Source: an uncultured delta proteobacterium
Lineage (GTDB): Bacteria > Desulfobacterota > Binatia > UBA9968
Assembly (NCBI GenBank): GCA_963728565.1
Contig: CAVSLC010000025.1
Coordinates: 28,413-92,412 of the forward strand
DNA: 64,000 nucleotides
Direction of reading: 5' to 3'
Shown in pieces: positions 36,972 to 46,498 of the stretch. A program made the position numbers and the translations under genes. A model generated the notes under the pieces. The model worked only from the letters and a program-made list of their open reading frames with translations. It searched no databases and had not been told where the DNA came from. The first letter of the stretch is position 1; the number at the start of each line of letters is the position of its first letter.

Positions 36972-37796
36972 GTGATTAGCCGGAAGGGAAAAATCACGCG
37001 CGATCTCATGGAAGAGAGCCGCGGCCGGCTAAAGATCATCGCGCGCACCGGCGTCGGTGTCGATCCGTCACGGGTCGATTTGGCTGCGGCAAAGCAATAC
37101 AAGATTTGGGTCACGAACATGCCGGGCAGCAACGCCGTGTCGGTGGCGGAGTTGGTCTTCGGCCAAATGATTGCCCTGGTGCGCCACACGCACGAGGCCA
37201 ATCGCGCGGTGAAAGAAAATCGCTGGGGCGATTACCTCAAATACATCGGCACCGAACTGGCGGGAAAAACGTTGGGCATCATCGGCATGGGAAACATCGG
37301 CACGCGGGTGGCGCTTCGCGCCCGGGCCTTCGAAATGTCCTTCATCGTCTATGATCCCTATATTCCCGAATCTCATGTCACGGCGCTCGGCGGCCGGTGG
37401 CTAAGCTTGGATGAATTGCTTGCGGAATCGGATTTCGTGACTATCCATTGTCCGCTGAACGATGAAACGAAGAGGATGATTGCGGCTAGGGAGCTGGCAT
37501 TGATAAAACCTTCCGCCTATCTCATCAATGCCGCCCGCGGCGGTATCATCGATGAGCAAGCTTTGCTCGAAGCTTTACGAGAGAAAGAAATTGCCGGCGC
37601 GGCGTTGGATGTGATCGAAAGCGAGCCGCCGCCTAAAAATCATCCGCTGTTGAACCTCGGCAATGTCCTGAGGACGCTGCACCTGGGCGCCGTGACATTG
37701 GAAGCGTCGGCGCGCGGCGAATGGGGCGCTGCGCAAGAGGTGATTCGAGTTTTGGAGGGGAAACGACCGAAGAATCCGGTGAATGAACTGTCCTAA
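36972..37796 (+). CDS. D-isomer-specific 2-hydroxyacid dehydrogenase (PGDH-like); intact frame lacks the first ~45 residues
   Basis: GIIGMGNIGTRVA (NAD site), NAARGGIIDE, LHLGAVT. Upstream remnants lie in other frames (see findings). Confidence 0.8.
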   Translation: MISRKGKITRDLMEESRGRLKIIARTGVGVDPSRVDLAAAKQYKIWVTNMPGSNAVSVAELVFGQMIALVRHTHEANRAVKENRWGDYLKYIGTELAGKTLGIIGMGNIGTRVALRARAFEMSFIVYDPYIPESHVTALGGRWLSLDELLAESDFVTIHCPLNDETKRMIAARELALIKPSAYLINAARGGIIDEQALLEALREKEIAGAALDVIESEPPPKNHPLLNLGNVLRTLHLGAVTLEASARGEWGAAQEVIRVLEGKRPKNPVNELS

Positions 37797-37809
37797 GCAT
37801 GGGTGCTTC

Positions 37810-38538
37810 CTAGCGCAAAATTCCGTTAAGCGGCGCCTGGCTTACTTCGACCGCACCCCTGCCTGTGAGCCGGATGACATTTACCGTGCCGGCGTACTCA
37901 GGCGAACCGGAATAGTAGGCGGTAATTTCGCCGGTGCCGACGGGAGTTGCCTGGTTCCAGTGGCCCAGCGCCACGTAATCGGCGCCGGTGGCGAGCAATT
38001 CTTCACGGTGAATCAGCCATGAGCCGATCAACCGATTCGGATCTCTCTGTTCGTCGACATAATGCCCATGCGCAGCGGCAAGTTGCCAGCGGGTCGAGCG
38101 CGGCCGGGGGTCGGCAAGCGGCGACATATCGGTGTAGTCGAGGTGCGCTCGGCCCCAGATTTCAAGTTCATATTCGGGGAACATCACGGATTGATCAACG
38201 TTGAGACCGAGTATGTGAACGTTGGGAATCTGCGCAAGCCCGCCACGACGGTAGACGGAATCGGGTGTCAGCGGGTCATGATTGCCGGGCAAAATAACGA
38301 TGGGATCGCCGTAATCGCGCAAAATTTGCGCCGCGCGTTCAAGAAGGTCGCCAGGCTGGCGGTGATTGTCAAAAGTATCTCCAGCGAGGACGACGATGTC
38401 GGCGCGAGCTTCGATAGCCGCGCTGAGAACTTTGGGAAGAACCGCTAAAGAGTCGCGCTCGCTGAAGCTGTCGTCGGTGCCGAGATGCAAGTCAGAGCTG
38501 TGGACGATAACCGCTTCCGGGTGTTGGTCTCGGGCCAT
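37810..38538 (-). CDS. calcineurin-like metallophosphoesterase
   Basis: HSSDLHLG, LAGDTFD, LPGNHD, LGHWN. The likely start is MARDQHPEAV; the ORF is open to 38595. Confidence 0.8.
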   Translation of the reverse strand: MARDQHPEAVIVHSSDLHLGTDDSFSERDSLAVLPKVLSAAIEARADIVVLAGDTFDNHRQPGDLLERAAQILRDYGDPIVILPGNHDPLTPDSVYRRGGLAQIPNVHILGLNVDQSVMFPEYELEIWGRAHLDYTDMSPLADPRPRSTRWQLAAAHGHYVDEQRDPNRLIGSWLIHREELLATGADYVALGHWNQATPVGTGEITAYYSGSPEYAGTVNVIRLTGRGAVEVSQAPLNGILR

Positions 38539-38799
38539 AGAGAAGATCCTGCTTTCACTGACGCAAATAAACCAATCACTTATTCTTATTGGCACAGCGG
38601 GAAAATTGCAAGCAACAGCCGGCGTACTTAGCGCAGCTGAAGCAAAAACTGCGCGATCTTCGGAGTCGGTCTGATGTTGGCTGAGCCGCGTGCCATGTCT
38701 CCTGAGGCCGCAGCTTATCGCTTGCGAGAATTTAAGGGTGAGGAATTGGGCGGCATAGCCAGGTGCGGAGGGACACCTGGCTATAAACTGAATCGAAGC

Positions 38800-39075
38800 T
38801 TACTTGGCGGCTTTGGATTTGCTGGCGGGCTTGGTCTCACCTGTAGCTTTGTCATCGGTCGATTTAGTGTCGGTTTCGCTCGTGGATTCGGCCTTGGATT
38901 TGCCTTTAGCTTTTCCTTCTGTCTTTACGGATTCAGACTTTTCTTTACCATCCGTCTTTACCGACTCCGATTGCATACTACCGGAACTCTTCTTTTCTGC
39001 ACTCTTTCCGGTCTGGGCATAAGCTACCGAAGCTATAAACATTGAAGCAACTAACGCGCTAAGGAAACGTTTCAT
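38800..39075 (-). CDS. small secreted Lys/Ser/Glu-rich repeat protein
   Basis: Signal peptide MKRFLSALVASMFIASVAYA. Internal repeat SESVKTDGKEK / SESVKTEGKAK. Confidence 0.55.
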   Translation of the reverse strand: MKRFLSALVASMFIASVAYAQTGKSAEKKSSGSMQSESVKTDGKEKSESVKTEGKAKGKSKAESTSETDTKSTDDKATGETKPASKSKAAK

Positions 39076-39309
39076 GTGTGATCCTCCAGTATGACATCTG
39101 TTGTTGTTTAAGAACGCCCGAGGTCGACCGGCGCCGCCCTCCGCTCGGCTGGAGCTCGTCTCGTTCGTTCTTGATGCCTTAGACGTGTGCGACTGCGCTT
39201 TAATTCACGTTGGCGCTGGTTTATACATCAGATACATCAAATGATTTGTTTCACTAAACAAATCACGGGGTAGCACCGTACGATGGTTTTTACCGAAGGA
39301 GGTGCCCAC

Positions 39310-40763
39310 ATGGCCGAAGGGCTGCCCATTGCTAAAGGAACCGGCGAGCACTTGTTACTGCCGCAGATGGCCAATCGCCACGGTTTGATCGCCGGCGCCA
39401 CCGGCACGGGAAAGACGGTAACACTTCGGGTCATCGCCGAAAATTTTAGCCGTATAGGCGTACCGGTATTCATGGCGGACGTAAAGAGCGATTTGTCCGG
39501 AATGGCCCGGGCCGGTCAAGAGAATCCGAAAATCCGCGAGCGACTCGACAAACTCGGCTTGAAAGAATTTGACTTCACCACTTATCCGACGGTCTTTTGG
39601 GATCTCTACGGCGAACAAGGCCATCCGGTGCGCACAACAATTTCGGATATGGGGCCGTTGCTGCTGAGCCGGCTCCTTAGCTTGAACGAAACCCAAAGCG
39701 GCGTACTCAACCTGGTTTTTAAAGTCGCCGATGACAACGGCATGCTGCTGCTCGACCTCAAAGACCTGCGCTCCATGCTGCAATTCGTCGGCGACAATGC
39801 TGCAAAATTTAAAACCAAGTACGGCAACGTTTCAGCGGCAAGTATCGGCGCCATACAGCGCGGCCTGCTGGCTTTGGAAGAGCAGGGCGGCGATAAGTTT
39901 TTCGGCGAGCCAGCCCTGGATCTCGATGACCTGATGCAAACCGACAGTCAAGGACGGGGCACTATCAATATCCTGGTTGCCGATAAACTCATTAACGCTC
40001 CCAAGCTATATGCGACATTTTTACTTTGGCTGTTGTCGGAGTTATTCGAGCAGCTTCCCGAGGTGGGAGATCCGGAAAAACCCAAGCTGGCTTTTTTTTT
40101 CGATGAAGCACATTTGTTGTTCAACGATGCGCCGGCCGTGTTGCTGGAAAAAATCGAGCAGGTAATCCGGCTGATTCGCTCCAAAGGCGTTGGGGTCTAT
40201 TTCGTCACTCAGAATCCCTGGACGTTCCCGATGTCGTGCTCGGTCAATTGGGCCATCGCGTGCAGCATGCGTTGCGCGCGTTTACGCCGCGCGATCAGAA
40301 GGCTGTCAAAGCCGCCGCCCAGACATTCCGCCAGAACTCCGCCATCGATGTTGAAACGGCGATCACCGAATTGGGCGTTGGTGAAGCACTGGTTTCATTC
40401 CTCGACGAAAAGGGGCGGCCGACGATCGTCGATCGCGCCTTGATTTACCCGCCGCAAAGCCAGTTGCCCCCGCTCGCAGCGGGCGAACGCGAAAGTATCG
40501 TGAAACAATCGACGATTTACGGCCACTATGAAAAGTTAGTTGATCGTGAGTCGGCGCATGAAATGCTCAAATCTCGAGCGCCGCAGCTCGAACAGCCCCC
40601 TGCGAAGACGGCAGGCAGCTCATGGCAAGCGGAAGCGGGAGGTTTGTTCGATGCCATGGGTAAGAGCGCGGCCCGTGCCATCGGCAGTCAGGTTGGCCGT
40701 GAGATCATCCGCGGCGTGCTCGGCTCGCTTTTCGGTGGAGGAACGACCCGCAAAAGACGTTAA
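39310..40763 (+). CDS. HerA-like P-loop ATPase (DUF853 / YjgR family); frame broken once at 40216-40218
   Basis: AAGGAGG lies 7 nt before the ATG at 39310. Walker [12 protein letters not shown]. The junction reads ...GVYFVTQNP / [34 protein letters not shown] in two frames. Confidence 0.8.
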
Positions 40764-41031
40764 GTGGCCGAGACAGGCGCCTTACAACAGCTATTTCAAC
40801 CAGCGGCTTTCCACGCATCTGTCATCGACTGTTAGATGCTCTGACTCATCGAACGACGCAGCGCCTTTAAGAAGATGTTCAAGTAGTCAAACGTCAGATC
40901 CGGCGCAGGCGGGGCTGTTCACTGCAGAAAGGGAGCCGCGGGGATCTTCGGCATTAATCCGAGTACCCTGCGCTCGCGCATGGCTGGCACAACAACCAGA
41001 AGGCGCGCGGCGCAGTGCCACAGACGAATGC

Positions 41032-41682
41032 TCAACGCGGACTCGTCGACCGAGAGCTGCCAGTTTGCGGCGTGACCGCTTTAGCTTTACCGGCAAAGCG
41101 TTTTGACGCCGCCGGCACTAACGCATAGGCAGCTCGGATACCGAGGAGCAATGCTAATACCGCGCCGTATTGCGCAGGGCGGCGGATGTCCGATTTAACC
41201 AGCCAGTAAAAGTGAAGAACTCCGGCGGCGGCGGCAATATAGGCCAGGCGGTGTAACTGTTGCCAACGCTTGCCAAGACGCCGGATCATTGCCGCCGTTG
41301 AAGTGAGCGCCAGCGGAATCATCAAGACAAATGAAGTGAATCCAGCGGTGACATAGGGGCGCTTGTAAATGTCCTTGGCAATCGCCTGAAAGTCGAAGAA
41401 ATGGTCCAGGACCATATAGGTTAGGAAATGCAGGACCGCATAGAAAAACGCGAAAAGACCCAACATGCGCCGATATCTGATCAGCGCGTTCCAGCCGAAC
41501 ATCTTGCGCAAAGGCGTGACCGCCAGACTGGCAATTAAAATGATGAGCGCCCACGAGCCCGTGAACCGGGTGATATACTCGATCGGATTGGCGGTCAAAT
41601 CGTCGGTATAAAATCCGTACGCGAGCTGCGTTAGCGGGATCAGGCCGGCGATGAAGAGCGCAGGTTTTATCCAGGAGCGCAT
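41032..41682 (-). CDS. msrQ: protein-methionine-sulfoxide reductase heme-binding membrane subunit
   Basis: Ferric-reductase-like TM domain, FTGSWALIILIASLAVTPLRK...LGLFAFFYAVLHFLTY, immediately downstream of msrP. Confidence 0.8.
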   Translation of the reverse strand: MRSWIKPALFIAGLIPLTQLAYGFYTDDLTANPIEYITRFTGSWALIILIASLAVTPLRKMFGWNALIRYRRMLGLFAFFYAVLHFLTYMVLDHFFDFQAIAKDIYKRPYVTAGFTSFVLMIPLALTSTAAMIRRLGKRWQQLHRLAYIAAAAGVLHFYWLVKSDIRRPAQYGAVLALLLGIRAAYALVPAASKRFAGKAKAVTPQTGSSRSTSPR

Positions 41683-41853
41683 CGGGTCAACTACATAGAA
41701 GTCAAGCAGCGCTTCGAAAATGAACACACTGGGGTTGCGTTAAAACAGAATCCAACCCTCATATGACAGGTGAAGTTGTCATCCCTGGGCGCGAATAGTT
41801 ATGATCTCCGTCTTGCTTCGGTCGCTTGCTGTTTTGCGAATCTCTGCTTACTT

Positions 41854-42819
41854 CTAGTAGAATTTTTTCAGGTCCATGCCGCTGTATAGCTGCGCAACCT
41901 GATCACCGTAACCGTTGAACATGAGCGTCTTGCGCCGGAGAAACTCCCCGATGCGCCGCTCCGTCGCCTGGGTCCAACGCGGATGGTCGACCTCCGGATT
42001 AACGTTGGAGTAAAACCCGTACTCCTGGGGCTGCATCATGTTCCACGACGCCGGTGGTTGTTTTTCGACGAAACGGATTTTGACTATGGACTTGATGCTT
42101 TTGAAACCGTATTTCCACGGCACCACCACGCGAATCGGAGCGCCGTTCTGCGCCGGCAATACCTGGCCATACAAGCCCACCGATAAGATCGTCAACGGGT
42201 GCATGGCTTCATCCATGCGCAAGCCTTCGACATAGGGCCATTCCATAATCGGCAGTTTCTGGCCGGGCATGCGCTTGGGGTCATGCAAGGTCACGAACTG
42301 AATAAACTTTGCGTTGCCGGTAGGTTCGGCGAGTTTGATTAGCGCGTTTAAAGGAAAGCCAATCCACGGGATTACCATCGACCAAGCTTCGACGCACCGT
42401 AATCGATAAACTCTTTCCTCCAGCGGACTCAGCTTGGTCAAAGCATCAATGTCGTAAGTCTTGGGCTTTTTGACCTCACCTTCCACCGCCACCGTCCAGG
42501 GCCGAGTCGGAGTCAGGTACTTGGCGTTTGCCGCCGGATCTTCTTTGTCGGGCCCAAGCTCGTAGAAATTATTATAGTTGGTGATGTCTTTAAACGAGTT
42601 TTGCTTCTCGCTGGTGCTGTAGGAACTCTTCTTTAAGTTGGTAATCTGTTCGGCGGCAAGAGCTTGGCCCGCACCCCGAAAGAGGTCGAATCCAGCGAGA
42701 GCCGCGCCCGCGGTAACAGCGCTAGCCGAAGCGCCAAGCATGAACTGCCGACGATTGAGATAAAGCTCCCTGGGAGTGATCTCGGACGATCTGATCTCCG
42801 GTATTTTTTTTATCAACAT
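41854..42819 (-). CDS. msrP: protein-methionine-sulfoxide reductase molybdopterin catalytic subunit
   Basis: Tat-type leader [20 protein letters not shown] and a YedY-like body ([19 protein letters not shown]). Confidence 0.85.
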   Translation of the reverse strand: MLIKKIPEIRSSEITPRELYLNRRQFMLGASASAVTAGAALAGFDLFRGAGQALAAEQITNLKKSSYSTSEKQNSFKDITNYNNFYELGPDKEDPAANAKYLTPTRPWTVAVEGEVKKPKTYDIDALTKLSPLEERVYRLRCVEAWSMVIPWIGFPLNALIKLAEPTGNAKFIQFVTLHDPKRMPGQKLPIMEWPYVEGLRMDEAMHPLTILSVGLYGQVLPAQNGAPIRVVVPWKYGFKSIKSIVKIRFVEKQPPASWNMMQPQEYGFYSNVNPEVDHPRWTQATERRIGEFLRRKTLMFNGYGDQVAQLYSGMDLKKFY

Positions 42820-43119
42820 ACGCCCTCTGGATAGGTCCTCTTGCCTGTTCTTAGATTTTGGTCTTCAGCCGCGATCCTATGGTTATAGCGGATCGCACCC
42901 TTTAAAACGGCTTTGATCCCAATAGCACTGCCGGAAACAAATCTCAAAACAGATTGAACCCCCAAACTATCCGTTACTCTGCTCGTTGCCCTACTTCGCC
43001 GTAGTCTAGGGCCGCACTTCTGCACCTGCTCATGATTTAGATGACTGCTGTCCGGATTTGGTTGCGCTTCGATATTCTGAATGAGTAACGGCAGATAACT
43101 TGAAAAGTTCCCGTGGCGG

Positions 43120-43168
43120 GTAAAGAAAAATTCGGGCCAAGTGGAGGCGTTTTCCGCCCCCACTGGCC
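43120..43168 (-). terminator. Rho-independent terminator after the 43181..43387 ORF
   Basis: On the minus strand: GGCCAGUGGGGGCGG-aaaa-CGCCUCCACUUGGCC, then CGAAUUUUUCUUUA. Confidence 0.55.
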
Positions 43169-43180
43169 GATGGGCCAGGA

Positions 43181-43387
43181 TTAGTGAAGATAGGTTTTGC
43201 CCGACGGCGCATCGCCAAGATCGTCTAGGTTGCCGGCATGGGAAGCTTTCCTGAGAATTTCGATCAGTGCCGCCTGAGCCAGCTTGTACGCGTCTCGGTC
43301 ATTATCGGAGTATTCAAAAGCAACTTCGCTGGCCGCCGCAATGAGCTCGCCCAGGGTGGTGTCCAGCTTTTTTGTGCTCTTTTCCAT
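43181..43387 (-). CDS. small hypothetical helical protein (68 aa from MEKSTKK)
   Basis: Open frame plus a downstream terminator. No motif. Confidence 0.4.
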   Translation of the reverse strand: MEKSTKKLDTTLGELIAAASEVAFEYSDNDRDAYKLAQAALIEILRKASHAGNLDDLGDAPSGKTYLH

Positions 43388-43550
43388 TGATTTCCCTTTC
43401 TTTGTCCGGCGAAAACTGTTGATTGGGCTCGGCCATCGGGTGGAGGCTATCATTCGCCGGCGATTATGCCTCAAAACTTAGACGATTTGGGAAGAAAAAG
43501 GATGTACTGCGAATCAGGGGTAATTTGACGGCGGGGTAGCCGGCCCGAAT

Positions 43551-44309
43551 TTATTCTTGCAGCAGCTGGGGAGCGTCGTTCTTTGCCTTGTAGAAAAGCG
43601 GAACTTCCTTAGCGCGATGGTATTCCTCCTCGCTGATGTGGCCCACCTTGGCGAGTCTTGCCAACACGAGGTTTCGCCTCTGAAGAGTGTTTTTTTCTTG
43701 AGTTGTTCGCGGGCTCGGCAGTAGCGCCACCAAAGTGGCGGCTTCCAAAGGATCCAAACTGGCGGCGGACTTGCCAAAATAGTGACGGGATCCTGCTTCG
43801 ACGCCGTAGATATTGCGCCCCCATTCGACGATATTCAGATAAATCTCGAATATCCGAGTTTTAGAAAGAGTCTGCTCAAGCTGCCAAGCGATAATGATCT
43901 CCTTCATTTTCCGCAGCGGATTTTTTGCCGGATTCAAATACAAGTTCCTTGCTAGCTGCATCGTGATGGTGCTGCCGCCGCGTCTGAAACTGAGCGTTTT
44001 TAGATCTGTTTTGAATGCTTCCTTGAGCTCGGCGAAGTCAACTCCGTTGTGACTGAAGAAAGAAGCGTCTTCACTGAGCAGAACAGCCTTCTTAAGATGA
44101 TCTGAAATCTGTCCGTAGGGCACCCAGATTCGTTGACGTGACAGCCGTAACTTCTTTTCTCTGTTTTCCTGGTCGCGTAGTTCCATAAGCGCAGAGGTCT
44201 GAGGATTTCTGTTCTTCAACAGCGAAACGTTGGGCAAGGCAAGGTAAAAATAAACCAGGGACGCGACTATCGCCGAGATCAGGAGGCTTTTAACAAGGAC
44301 TCTCTTCAT
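43551..44309 (-). CDS. mtgA: monofunctional peptidoglycan glycosyltransferase (GT51)
   Basis: EDASFFSHNGVDF, GGSTITMQLARNLYL, IFEIYLNIVEWG. Confidence 0.85.
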   Translation of the reverse strand: MKRVLVKSLLISAIVASLVYFYLALPNVSLLKNRNPQTSALMELRDQENREKKLRLSRQRIWVPYGQISDHLKKAVLLSEDASFFSHNGVDFAELKEAFKTDLKTLSFRRGGSTITMQLARNLYLNPAKNPLRKMKEIIIAWQLEQTLSKTRIFEIYLNIVEWGRNIYGVEAGSRHYFGKSAASLDPLEAATLVALLPSPRTTQEKNTLQRRNLVLARLAKVGHISEEEYHRAKEVPLFYKAKNDAPQLLQE

Positions 44310-45354
44310 AGCTTGCTAAAACTCGGGCCGCTTTGAGAGTCATGGATGATGCTGGATAACGGTTCAGCGCGGCCGGAGCTACCCAGCGCCAGTTGGAGGC
44401 GGGCAAGTCGATGGTGTAATTGCCAGCGAGATCGAATAGAAAAATCGGTGCGCGAATGCGGCGGTAAGTAATGCTATGACGGATTTCGCCAATGCCCAGA
44501 GGGACAACTGAAAGAGATCCGATTTCCCGCAGATGGCGCCGTAAAGTTATCAGGATCCCGTCGTTTCCTGGCTTCTCACCGCCTGGAAGCTCCCACATTC
44601 CGGCGAGCAAGCCTCTATTGGCGCGGCGCCGCAATAGGATTTTCCCACCACGGCGAACAATAGCTAGAGGCCAGGTGACGTTGGTCAACTTCAGTTTTTC
44701 CCGGGACGCCGGCTTCTTGAAGGCTCCGCTTCCGCTGCGCACCCGGCAATGCGCGGCGAGCGGGCAAAGGAAACAGAGCGGTTCTGCGGGTAGACAGATG
44801 GTTGCGCCGAGTTCCATGATCGCCTGGTTCAAATCGCCCGGCTTCGACTTCGAAATGAGCTCTTCTGCCGCGGCGCGCAACTGTTTCGCCCCGGCCATAT
44901 TGAACAAACGGGCCAATACGCGCCGCGCATTGCCGTCAATTGCCGGGTAGGATTTCTGGAAGGCGATGCTGAGAATGGCGCCCGCGGTGTAATCGCCGAT
45001 TCCCGGCAGCGCGCGCAAACTCTCATAGTCTCTAGGCATAGTTCCGCCGTGCCGGCGCATCAGCTCCGATGCGGATTTTTTTAAATTCTCCGCGCGGCGA
45101 TAGTATCCTAGCCCGGACCAGGCACGCAGGATTTGTCGAAGCGGGGCGCGATCCAATGCTGTGATGGTCGGAAACGCTTTGAGAAACGTTTCGTAATAAG
45201 GAAGAACGGTTTTGACCTGCGTCTGCTGCAGCATGGTTTCGGAAATCCAGATCGCGTACGGATCCGAGGTCCTGCGCCAGGGCAGATCTCTCCTGTTCTT
45301 TTCGTACCAACCGAGTAGTCTGCGGCGGATCAGGGGGAGATTGGTTGAAGGCAT
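44290..45354 (-). CDS. mutY: A/G-specific adenine DNA glycosylase
   Basis: LLGWYEKNRRDLPWR, ISETMLQQTQV, Fe-S loop CLPAEPLCFLCPLAAHC, and a NUDIX-like C-terminal domain. Confidence 0.9.
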   Translation of the reverse strand: MPSTNLPLIRRRLLGWYEKNRRDLPWRRTSDPYAIWISETMLQQTQVKTVLPYYETFLKAFPTITALDRAPLRQILRAWSGLGYYRRAENLKKSASELMRRHGGTMPRDYESLRALPGIGDYTAGAILSIAFQKSYPAIDGNARRVLARLFNMAGAKQLRAAAEELISKSKPGDLNQAIMELGATICLPAEPLCFLCPLAAHCRVRSGSGAFKKPASREKLKLTNVTWPLAIVRRGGKILLRRRANRGLLAGMWELPGGEKPGNDGILITLRRHLREIGSLSVVPLGIGEIRHSITYRRIRAPIFLFDLAGNYTIDLPASNWRWVAPAALNRYPASSMTLKAARVLASYEESPC

Positions 45355-45422
45355 GAATGCGATTGTGAAAAAATTGGGATATAACGGGCACTCTAGACGA
45401 AATCGCCTTCGAAGGAAACTTA

Positions 45423-46298
45423 TTGATCTCCGTGTTGCCGATCTTCTTCGGGATTCTGACTTCGGTTTTCTTTGCCATCGCCAGCCTCTTGGCGCAGCGC
45501 GGCTATCACCTGGCTGCGGCGCCTTGGGGCGCCTGGATCACTATTGCCGGTAATACGATCTTTTTACTATCGGCGCATTTCTTACTTCGCCCCTTCGCGC
45601 CAATTTTCATTTTTGACAATTTAATTTTTGTCGCCGTGGGTTTGTTGGTGCCGGGCGTAACCCGTGTGCTGAGTTTCCGCGGCATTCGAACCATGGGCAG
45701 CTCGGTTACATCGACCATCATCAATACGACGCCGATGTTTTCCACGGTTCTGGCGATACTGCTTCTTGGCGAGAGGCCAGGTCCATGGGTGATCGCCGGC
45801 GTGTTCGTGACCGTTTGTGGCCTGGTCACCGTCTCGTGGACCGGAGCGACGAGCTCCTATCCTAAAATCGAGTTGATCTTTCCCTTTCTCTGCGCCCTGA
45901 TCTTCGCATGGAAGGACGTCACGGTGCGTTGGGGCCTCGGCGACGGCGGCGGCGAGCCGATTCTGGCGGCGGGGATCGCCGCGCTCACCTCGACTGTCGA
46001 AATTTTTCTAATCACGCGTTATCTTCATGGCGAAAAATTTTGTTGGCCGACGGCCAATGCCGCGCGTTGGTTTGTTTGGTCGGGGATTTTTACCGGCGGG
46101 TCTTTCCTATGTATGTATGTTGCCTTGAGCATGGAGCGGGTCACGATTATTGCTCCGCTGATTAATAGCTACGCGGTATTCGTGCTCATTTTGACGCCTT
46201 TGATGGCGCGGCAGATAGAGACTGTGACCCGGCGCAAAGTTGCCGGCGCCGCCATGGTGGTGGCGGGAATCTTTATGGTGTCCTTGGGGAAAGACTAG
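45423..46298 (+). CDS. EamA/DMT-family transporter
   Basis: Ten hydrophobic segments with a two-repeat EamA layout. Confidence 0.75.
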   Translation: MISVLPIFFGILTSVFFAIASLLAQRGYHLAAAPWGAWITIAGNTIFLLSAHFLLRPFAPIFIFDNLIFVAVGLLVPGVTRVLSFRGIRTMGSSVTSTIINTTPMFSTVLAILLLGERPGPWVIAGVFVTVCGLVTVSWTGATSSYPKIELIFPFLCALIFAWKDVTVRWGLGDGGGEPILAAGIAALTSTVEIFLITRYLHGEKFCWPTANAARWFVWSGIFTGGSFLCMYVALSMERVTIIAPLINSYAVFVLILTPLMARQIETVTRRKVAGAAMVVAGIFMVSLGKD

Positions 46299-46325
46299 CA
46301 GGCCGCCGAGAAAACCTCTGCAAAG

Positions 46326-46394
46326 ATGAAGGATGAAAGCGGAAAGCTGAAATGACGCTTCCGGAACGGGTTTGTTTCAGATTTCATCCTTCAT
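46326..46394. repeat. long interrupted inverted repeat in the EamA / Mo-operon intergenic region
   Basis: ATGAAGGATGAAA (46326-46338) is the exact reverse complement of TTTCATCCTTCAT (46382-46394). An inner pair CTGAAA (46347-46352) / TTTCAG (46375-46380) also matches. Confidence 0.7.
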
Positions 46395-46498
46395 AATTCA
46401 TCCTTTAGGGGGCGCCGTGGTTGGAGTTTCGCGCTCGCCTTTGTTATGACCTAAGGATTATTCTCGCTGGTTGACATTTTTTAGACGAAAGGTCCTCA

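Noticed and set aside
38590-38610. TGGCAC ... TTGCA, resembling a sigma-54 -24/-12 promoter.
   Set aside because: The GG and GC elements are separated by 15 nt instead of the required 10, and no credible gene lies downstream on that strand.
44826-44835. GGTTCAAATC, a tRNA T-arm-like string.
   Set aside because: It lies inside the mutY coding sequence, with no acceptor, D or anticodon arms around it. No tRNA gene was found anywhere in the window.
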